Positions 56,872-64,000 of a stretch of 64,000 bases of DNA are shown here, piece after piece. The notes below the pieces were generated by a model. That model saw only the letters and a program-made list of their open reading frames with translations. It had not been told where the DNA came from and did not search any database. The DNA is taken from IMG/VR virus record IMGVR_UViG_3300023179_000012; one strand, given 5' to 3'. The translations under genes were made by a program, and so were the position numbers. Every line of letters starts with the position of its first letter. The stretch's first letter is position 1. The DNA comes from a virus.

Positions 56872-57728
56872 ATAGTATCACCTAACTGCATTAGTAGTTT
56901 TTTATTATGGTTTCCTTGATAATGAACACTTAGTAGTCTAACTTGTTTATTATTTATATCTTCAATATAATATTTGTTGTGGAGTTTATTGATATTTTTA
57001 ATTCTATTTTTTAGTTTGTATGTTTGTTCTCCTAGATAACCATAGGAACGAGATAATTGATGGTCAAATACACAATCTTCGTTATTTATTAGTAATGGTA
57101 TATTTAAATCATGCACATCAACTATTTTTTCGGAGTGTAATAAATAATACAGGGTCATATCGCATATTCCACCAGCAATTTTATTGTTTCTATGCCATAG
57201 TATTTTATCTTGGATTAAATTAAATTTAGTCTTATACTTATAAATATCAAAACATAAATCAATAAATTTATTACAAAAATCTAGATCTAATAAAGCATTA
57301 TGAATTGATCCAACCATATTGAATTGATTATTATATTGACAGTGTTTTTGTAAAGAATAGCATACGTTCTTTGGAAAGTTTATTTTTGAAATATCCTCAA
57401 GAATAAGACAATCACTATCTATATGGAATACTGTAGATATGTTAGTTTGTAATAATAATTCCTTGATATAAAAAATTCTCAAAAAACATTTTAGTTCATA
57501 TCTAGAATTATTTGTTGAGTAATTAACAAAACTACGAGTAAATTCTTTAATACTATTATTAGTTAGATTATCTATATGATAGTGTTTTACTTTCACGTTG
57601 TCTATAAAAATAGAGTTATTTGTATTATCTCCAATGAGAATAATTTCATTCTTTATTGAATTTAAACGAATACATTTTTGGAAATATTCTTGATTACCAA
57701 TATGAAAAACAACGAGTGGTATATTCAT
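56868..57728 (-). CDS. putative glycosyltransferase
   Basis: CFLRIF, HIDSD, CDMTL, HYQG. Confidence 0.6.
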   Translation of the reverse strand: MNIPLVVFHIGNQEYFQKCIRLNSIKNEIILIGDNTNNSIFIDNVKVKHYHIDNLTNNSIKEFTRSFVNYSTNNSRYELKCFLRIFYIKELLLQTNISTVFHIDSDCLILEDISKINFPKNVCYSLQKHCQYNNQFNMVGSIHNALLDLDFCNKFIDLCFDIYKYKTKFNLIQDKILWHRNNKIAGGICDMTLYYLLHSEKIVDVHDLNIPLLINNEDCVFDHQLSRSYGYLGEQTYKLKNRIKNINKLHNKYYIEDINNKQVRLLSVHYQGNHNKKLLMQLGDTI

Positions 57729-58787
57729 CTACCAATGCCTTATAACATTGGCTATAATAAATCCACAAGTTATAAAATTAACTAATATAATACTTAGTTT
57801 GATAGTAAATGCCGTCCATGCTTCATATTGAGTAAGTATAGGAATATCTGGGGCATCATAATCGTCCTGACCAACTCTATGATCTATCGCTCTGGCTAGT
57901 ATGAGTAGTTTCCTATTCATTTTACTGTTTAAGTTTTACCATTACAAATGTTCCAATAAAAGCACCAGATGCTAATGGAATTAGATAATATATGTTTTTA
58001 CTATATGATACAACACCAAATGCCAATAAACTATAAATTACTGATGTAAGAAAAGCAGCGGTAACAGCGTGTCTATTATTGACTGATATGATATACCAAG
58101 CATATAACATATCTATAATAACATATGTAAAAAAAATCATACTTGCAGTTATCAAAGAAAAATCATCCATTAGTTTTATTCCTACAACTATCACAAAGAG
58201 TAGTTATCCATCCTCCTTTATTTGGTTTGCCAGCATTACCACAAACTTCACAAACTTTATAACTATATTCTTCTGCCATACCAACAACACCATCTACATA
58301 ATCATCACCACCACTATAATAGATTCTTAATCCACCATACTTCTCTTTTACTTGATCAAATTTTACATGAGAGTAAGCAAGTTCTTCTTTAATCTTTTCT
58401 GGTTGATCTGCTAGAATTCTTTTCCTATCCTCTATGTTTTCTTCGTGTTGAAATATACGCCAACAAACAGATGACAATAATTCATACCATCCGTTTCCTA
58501 CTTCGCATCCCCAACACATACACGATTCCATGCAACTTTTATTCCTATTGGAGAATAAGTCGGGATACTTTTCATAAAGTTTATCTTGGAGTTCGGCGTC
58601 CATTTTACTTAGTCTTATACTTTTTCTGTTTTTGAAGTGTAGAAAGAATACTCATATATTTTTCAGCATCACTTTTAGTATTAAATTCAGTCACAATAGA
58701 CTGACCATCGCTCTTTGGCAGATTAATAGGCTGACCATTCTGAGTAACAACAAACTTACCATTCTTTTCAATAACACCAAGACTCAT
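57729..58787 (-). other. small hypothetical ORFs (57729-57920, 57922-58194 membrane, 58163-58603, 58605-58787)
   Basis: ORF tiling; 58163..58603 has QVKEKYGGLRIY. Confidence 0.6.
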
Positions 58788-58825
58788 AATTATCCTCTGA
58801 GTTAAAAGTAAGAAACCACAAACGT

Positions 58826-58853
58826 ATTATACCAGACTATCGGCATTTGTCAA
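58826..58853 (-). promoter_or_regulatory. sigma70-like promoter with CCGATA box
   Basis: TTGACA-AATGCCGATAGTCTGG-TATAAT. Confidence 0.8.
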
Positions 58854-60626
58854 ATCAGACTGTACCATTTTTCCATCACGCACAACATAAATCTTTGCAT
58901 TACCACTATATCTAATATAACTTCGTCCACCATCAATCATATTACCATTATTGAAACTCTTAAAATCATGGTGAGATTTACTATATTGAAGATCGCCGTT
59001 ATCATCTTCTATCATACCAAATGTAAATCTCTCTACTGCGTCAGCACTAAAAATAACGTATGATCCATCTTCATAGTTTGGCGCTATACCAAAATATCTG
59101 TTACCAAACTTTGGATGAGGAGAATTCCTATAGAAAATATCCACAGGACGATCACTAGCGTTATAGTCTGTGGTACAAACATAACTGATTGGAACACCGT
59201 CCTTATCAGAATAATGTTCGATAACCTTCTCAATACTTGTAACAGGGAAGTGTTTAATCATTTTCAGTTCTCAAATATTCGTCAATATCAATCTTAAACT
59301 TATCTGTTTCACCTAAAACTACAGCAGCATGGTATAGAATATGATCGCGTGGATCATTTCCATCGACAATATATTCTTCATAACTCAGTTGCTCACTATC
59401 ACTGTCCCAAATATATCTAGCACATTCCATAGCAGCATCAGTATAAAATAGTTCGGTTTGAGTTTTCATTAAATATTCTCCACATTTTTTTCAATAATAT
59501 TAGCAATAGTCGTGAACTTACACCCAGTATCATTTAGTATAGATAGATTCTTATTATCCTTATATTCACCATATTTATCTTTTACTTTATAGATAAACTC
59601 ACCAGTAGAGTCCTTAATTCCTGCCCATTTTTTAACAACGCTAGGTAGCGATCCAGACTGGTTATTGAAAATAACAAATCCATAATTATTGGCAAAGTTT
59701 TTTTCAACCATTTTTTCAATACCGCCAATTGACCCATTAATTAGTTTTTTGGTACGGGTTTTGAGAGTTTTCTTGTGGTTCTTTTTCATTTCATAATTAT
59801 ACAATTCACAAAGAACCCCCAAACAACAATGCCTAACTTGATTCTTTTTATTATACTGCTTGAGGTAGCCTTCGCCCCTTTTATATTTACCACTCCTAAG
59901 AGCCTTAACCCATTTTTTAGCAATTTCTTTTTTCATCGTCTGTTAACCTTTCTTGCTGGATCACGCCTTTTAGGTTTATTATAATGAGTAACACGAATAG
60001 TTTGTTCAAAAGTATATGGATACATATTATTGATTCTCATCTCTGGAATAAGATAAGGATCAGACGGGATTTTGGTTTCAGAATATCCAAAACTTTCCAC
60101 AAACCAACCAATACTACCCAAAGTATTTTTAATCCAGTTATTCTCAGCCATACTGAGTCCATTTCCTTTCGGTAATAATGTCCTTAAACTTTTCGCCAGC
60201 AGGAGTAAGTTGAACCATACCATCTACGCAGAAAATACAACCATCTTTATCGCCGGGATTATCATACCTATCCCCACCTTCTTCATCATAACTATCGAAA
60301 TATAGAGTCAAACCAGTGTTCTTATTAAAGGAATTTTTTAGAGCGACTACAAGTTCCTCATACTCTTGAAAAATATCCTCCACAATCTGATCTTCGCTCA
60401 AGCCAAGTCGGATAACAGGATTGGACTTATCATTGGATACCGCATCATACAAAGCATCATTAACCATATCTGGATCATCCCAACCTAGCCAGCGACCAAA
60501 TATTCCCCAACCCACATCTTTAAAATACTTAGATTTTTCAATAGCCTTGATTTCGTCTGGACAGATTTTCTTCAAATCCTTGTATTCGATAACAAAACTT
60601 CCAACAGCAAAACTACCCATTCCCAT
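58827..60626 (-). other. run of hypothetical ORFs (58827-59261, 59254-59469, 59469-59936, 59933-60151, 60144-60626)
   Basis: ORF tiling; 59469..59936 has WVKALRSG...CCLGVLCE. Confidence 0.65.
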
Positions 60627-60653
60627 ATTTTTTTCTCCAAGGGCGACAACACC

Positions 60654-60681
60654 ATTGTACCTTGTTATCGGCAGTTGTCAA
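60654..60681 (-). promoter_or_regulatory. sigma70-like promoter with CCGATA box
   Basis: TTGACA-ACTGCCGATAACAAGG-TACAAT. Confidence 0.8.
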
Positions 60682-60695
60682 CAGCACCTTTAGGA

Positions 60696-61244
60696 TTATT
60701 TAGTGCTTCGTGGATGACCCTTGGGCAACAAATCATTATCCTGTTTATAGTTAGGATTTGATGGGCGACCATTTCTCAGTAAGTATAAAAACGCATTAAC
60801 TCTTGCTATTGCCCAACCATCCCTACTCATTTTAGGAGCATGACTAGTGCTAAATGCTCCTGCTCCCCTTCTGTATACCGCTTTTAACATACCAAGAGTA
60901 GCCTTACTTCCTTTATCTTTTTTATTATGCTCAGTAACAAGTGATTGTAATCTTTTAATTACCGATTCATCAAGCGAAATGTTTCCCTTGTCATCTTTTG
61001 CACTATCTGGCTTGTTTTTCTTTGATCCTTTTTTCTGATCCTTTTTAGGAGCTGGAGTTTTTCTTGGATCATTTGGCCCAGGTTTTCCATATTGTAATGC
61101 TTCTGCTGTTTCGCCTTTACCGTGCTTACAATGCTGGCGACAACTAAAGCCTGGAACTTGATTTGATTTGCCACAATTACAATAACTCATATCCTTTGCG
61201 GATAAGTATTCTTTTATTGCTTCTAAATATTTATTTGTTTGCAT
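60696..61244 (-). CDS. basic modular phage protein, probably head-associated
   Basis: LKAVYRRGAGAFSTSH...WAIARVNAFL; late-type promoter upstream. Confidence 0.6.
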   Translation of the reverse strand: MQTNKYLEAIKEYLSAKDMSYCNCGKSNQVPGFSCRQHCKHGKGETAEALQYGKPGPNDPRKTPAPKKDQKKGSKKNKPDSAKDDKGNISLDESVIKRLQSLVTEHNKKDKGSKATLGMLKAVYRRGAGAFSTSHAPKMSRDGWAIARVNAFLYLLRNGRPSNPNYKQDNDLLPKGHPRSTK

Positions 61245-61259
61245 AGTGTCCTCGCTTCA

Positions 61260-61270
61260 TATTATACACC
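61260..61270 (-). promoter_or_regulatory. putative late promoter GGTGTATAATA
   Basis: Recurrent intergenic motif, 15 nt upstream of start. Confidence 0.55.
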
Positions 61271-61293
61271 ATCAAAATTTTCATTAAATACTA

Positions 61294-62022
61294 CTAATAG
61301 TCTATTGGTGATAATTTATTATTAGATCTTAGTAATCGAAATTTAAAGTTGTCAAATAATTTTAAAGTATTATAAGAGTTATCAATAGTATATTTTAAGT
61401 ATTTTTCTGAATGATATGTTTGGGGATTTACTATTAGATGATCGTATCTACTACAATAAGTTTTTAGTCCTTGGGTATCTAGTATAGCAAATCTGTCATT
61501 GTATCCATTCCAATGATTAAAATTTGGAATACATATATTATATTTTGTTGATAATATTTGATTATCTAGAGGTTTTTCGAATAAACAATCTGGTCTACAA
61601 AAAAGATACTTTGCATAGGAGGTATTTAGAGAACTTAATATTTCATATATCTTTTTTAATCCATATAGTTGTCTTATTCCATGTTTTGTCAATAGTTCAG
61701 ATTCATTACCCCAATCTTTTGTATACCCACATTTTGATAAAGTTTTTTCTACCCAAGTGTCCAAATTTTTAATGCTCTCGCAATTTGTATCTAAAATAAC
61801 TTTTTGTGTAAAGATAAAATATTTATTAATAGATTTATAATCTATAGGATGATTTTCTTTGGTTGATGGTCTAAAATAATAACTATTATTATAGGTTACT
61901 ATAAAATAATCAATTATATATTTTTGACTCAGACTATCCGTAATATGTTTAGTAAAAAGTTTATAGAGTAAATTGTTATAATTTTTAACTTGACCAAAAA
62001 AACATATGGCAAGATGATTCAT
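61294..62022 (-). CDS. glycan-related hypothetical protein
   Basis: ICFFGQ, CRPD, GYNDRFAI, SEKYL. Confidence 0.55.
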   Translation of the reverse strand: MNHLAICFFGQVKNYNNLLYKLFTKHITDSLSQKYIIDYFIVTYNNSYYFRPSTKENHPIDYKSINKYFIFTQKVILDTNCESIKNLDTWVEKTLSKCGYTKDWGNESELLTKHGIRQLYGLKKIYEILSSLNTSYAKYLFCRPDCLFEKPLDNQILSTKYNICIPNFNHWNGYNDRFAILDTQGLKTYCSRYDHLIVNPQTYHSEKYLKYTIDNSYNTLKLFDNFKFRLLRSNNKLSPIDY

Positions 62023-62864
62023 AGTTTGTTTACTCTTTTAATAATTTGTTTACAAGTTCCTTCTAAAGTAAAATAATCTTCATAAAGTGTTTGTCCTATG
62101 TATAACATTTTTCTATATTGTTCATTAGAAATATTAACTAATGTATCATATATTTTAGATGTATCAGATATAATTATGGCAAATTCTGTCCAGTTTAATT
62201 CATCGCACCAAGGTAAAAAGAGTTTATCTGTTACAATTACTGGCACACACCCTAATTGAAAAGACTCATATAATCTAAAAGAATTTAATCCATATCCTCT
62301 TGGACATAATAAGAATTTGCTTCTCATAGCATAATATATATATTGAAAATAATTTTGTTTATCAATATATTGTGACCATTTTTTAGTATTAATACTAATA
62401 TTAGGTTTATTTTTTAAATGATCAACCATTCTCTGTCTAATTCGATGAGTAATTGACCCATGAAAAGAACATAACAAATCTCTACTAGATACACGATAGC
62501 ATTTTTTATCATCATCTGGTATTTTTGAACAAACAAGTGGAATAGGTATACCTCCAGAATTACCACCAGCACAAAATTTTTGAGTTTTTTTTGGCAGTTT
62601 TTCTAGAATAGCATCATCATGTTGAGATACTGTAAAATACAGTAAATCATCATTAAGTTCATCTAATATTTTTTGTAATCCATTTAACTTTTTTTGTAAA
62701 TAACATTCTGTCCAATAAACTGGTATAAAAACTTTTGTTGTTAGTATTTGATTATTTATTAAATATTTATAGAAAAATTCTTCTAGGTACTCATTTTTAT
62801 GATATGGAGGATAAGGCAAATGAAAAGAGGTCGGTCTATATATTGATAATTTATCGGTTATCAT
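62019..62864 (-). CDS. exostosin-family (GT47) glycosyltransferase
   Basis: SKFLLCPRGYGLNSFRLYESFQLGCVPVI. Confidence 0.88.
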   Translation of the reverse strand: MITDKLSIYRPTSFHLPYPPYHKNEYLEEFFYKYLINNQILTTKVFIPVYWTECYLQKKLNGLQKILDELNDDLLYFTVSQHDDAILEKLPKKTQKFCAGGNSGGIPIPLVCSKIPDDDKKCYRVSSRDLLCSFHGSITHRIRQRMVDHLKNKPNISINTKKWSQYIDKQNYFQYIYYAMRSKFLLCPRGYGLNSFRLYESFQLGCVPVIVTDKLFLPWCDELNWTEFAIIISDTSKIYDTLVNISNEQYRKMLYIGQTLYEDYFTLEGTCKQIIKRVNKL

Positions 62865-63468
62865 ATAGATTTCTAATCATATCTAATGTTTTAATTTTAT
62901 TTTCTACTCCTACAATCCAATTAGCATGATGTAAAACTATATTTGATGGTATGGTTATTTTTTTATTAGTTGATAACCCAGCAACAAAACCAGTAGTAAA
63001 AAATCTTCTAGATAATTTTTTATGTTTACACATACGAAGAAATCTATTCAGAGTCTTTTGATCACATCCTTGAAAATTAATTTTCATTTTTTCAAACATA
63101 CTCAATGTTTTTGAATTAGCTTTACAAATAAAAACTCCTGAATTATAACTATGAATATCATCTTGACAAGCGATATCATTATCTCCAATTTCAGTTAATA
63201 AAATATCTTTAAGGTTAATATCAAAAAATTGAACATCAACGTCACAGTAAAAAAAGTAGTCGTTAAAATTTTCTAAACACGCTTGAATAAATATTTCTAT
63301 TTTTTTAGCAGTAATTTTACCCCAGCCAGTAGAATAGTAACTAGCAGTTGGACAGTCTTGTTGTTGATATTCAAGGATATGAGGCGTAAAGTCTTTTGAT
63401 AATGTTTTTAAAAAATAATTTTCATATAAGATTTTATGAGATGGTGTGTATAGTGAGTAGATGTTCAT
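62851..63468 (-). CDS. nucleotide-diphospho-sugar transferase (GT77-like)
   Basis: YCDVDVQF, YNSGVF, CDQKTLN, HHANW. Confidence 0.8.
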   Translation of the reverse strand: MNIYSLYTPSHKILYENYFLKTLSKDFTPHILEYQQQDCPTASYYSTGWGKITAKKIEIFIQACLENFNDYFFYCDVDVQFFDINLKDILLTEIGDNDIACQDDIHSYNSGVFICKANSKTLSMFEKMKINFQGCDQKTLNRFLRMCKHKKLSRRFFTTGFVAGLSTNKKITIPSNIVLHHANWIVGVENKIKTLDMIRNLYDNR

Positions 63469-64000
63469 TTATCTTAATGTAGATTTGAATCTACCAATAA
63501 TTGAGCCTTGATATGTTAATGGAGGATTCCACCAATACACTTTATGATTATGCAAGAAATGTTGTGCGGACAACTCCCAATCTGAGACTAAATTAAAAGG
63601 AAACCATGTGGAAGATAAATCTTCTACTGTTTTATATCTTAGTAAAGTAGAAGCACCGCCTCTAGATGATGGATTGGGTTTTAGATAGTATTTATTTATA
63701 TTTGGAATTTGTTTGGTCAAACTTGGAAAATCATTAAAATAAATAGCATCCCAATGATCTGGAGTTTGAGATAAATTAGAAAAGAAAAGATTCTCAAAAT
63801 CTTCACAAAGTATCACATCATCTTCAAAAATAATACAATAGTCAAAATTATGAGATAGTAATTCTTTAAATACCATACCAAATTTAATGGTTACAGAAAT
63901 TTCAGCAATAGTTAGTATTGGTTTATGATGCCTTAATCCTTTGTTGCCCCATAAACTAACCTTTTGATTCCACTTATTTGGATTAGACTGTTTAGGTTGA
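63469..64000 (-). CDS. GT25-like glycosyltransferase, 5' end outside the window
   Basis: IIFEDD, DWEL; frame stays open from 63999, so the true start is beyond the window. Confidence 0.75.
   Translation of the reverse strand, partial: QPKQSNPNKWNQKVSLWGNKGLRHHKPILTIAEISVTIKFGMVFKELLSHNFDYCIIFEDDVILCEDFENLFFSNLSQTPDHWDAIYFNDFPSLTKQIPNINKYYLKPNPSSRGGASTLLRYKTVEDLSSTWFPFNLVSDWELSAQHFLHNHKVYWWNPPLTYQGSIIGRFKSTLR

Noticed and set aside
4548-62929. All other plus-strand and nested alternative-frame ORFs in the track
   Set aside because: They lie within tightly tiled minus-strand genes and show no recognisable domains
63436-63453. Plus-strand GTGTGTATAGT resembling the late promoter
   Set aside because: It is the reverse complement of the L-Y-T-P codons of the GT77-like gene, with no plus-strand gene downstream
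1-64000. CRISPR array, cas genes, integrase or transposase
   Set aside because: No regularly spaced repeats or matching proteins seen
1-64000. Stop-codon reassignment
   Set aside because: Genes tile densely under the standard code, and known enzymes are mostly full length

Overview
This window is a 64-kb AT-rich segment of a large (jumbo-type) tailed bacteriophage genome, with essentially all genes tiled on the minus strand. No capsid, terminase or DNA polymerase gene is in view. It carries rIIA/rIIB, an ATP-dependent ligase, a RepB-type primase, RuvB, UvsE, ThyX, GMP reductase, ClpP, a sigma factor, an actin-fold ATPase, about 20 glycan synthesis/modification genes and many small hypothetical genes. 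RNA genes are a tmRNA, tRNA-Leu(UAA), a tRNA(UAU) split by a ~198-nt group I intron, and a tRNA-like element with no anticodon. Two promoter classes can be read by eye: 11 sigma70-like promoters, each with a YCGAT(A) box inside the spacer, and about 5 GTGTATA(A/G/T)-type putative late promoters. A Tat-signal DUF1501 gene suggests a Planctomycetota host (inference). The strongest leads are the intron-split tRNA(UAU), a 3'-UTR element exactly antisense to its own gene's RBS and start codon, the spacer-box promoters, an RBS-occluding hairpin around a late promoter of an HNH gene, a possible capsid-targeting peptide on ferritin-like and phosphatase cargo, and a RuvA-domain-III/zinc-ribbon partner of RuvB. 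All family calls come from motif recognition by eye; no database searches were run.
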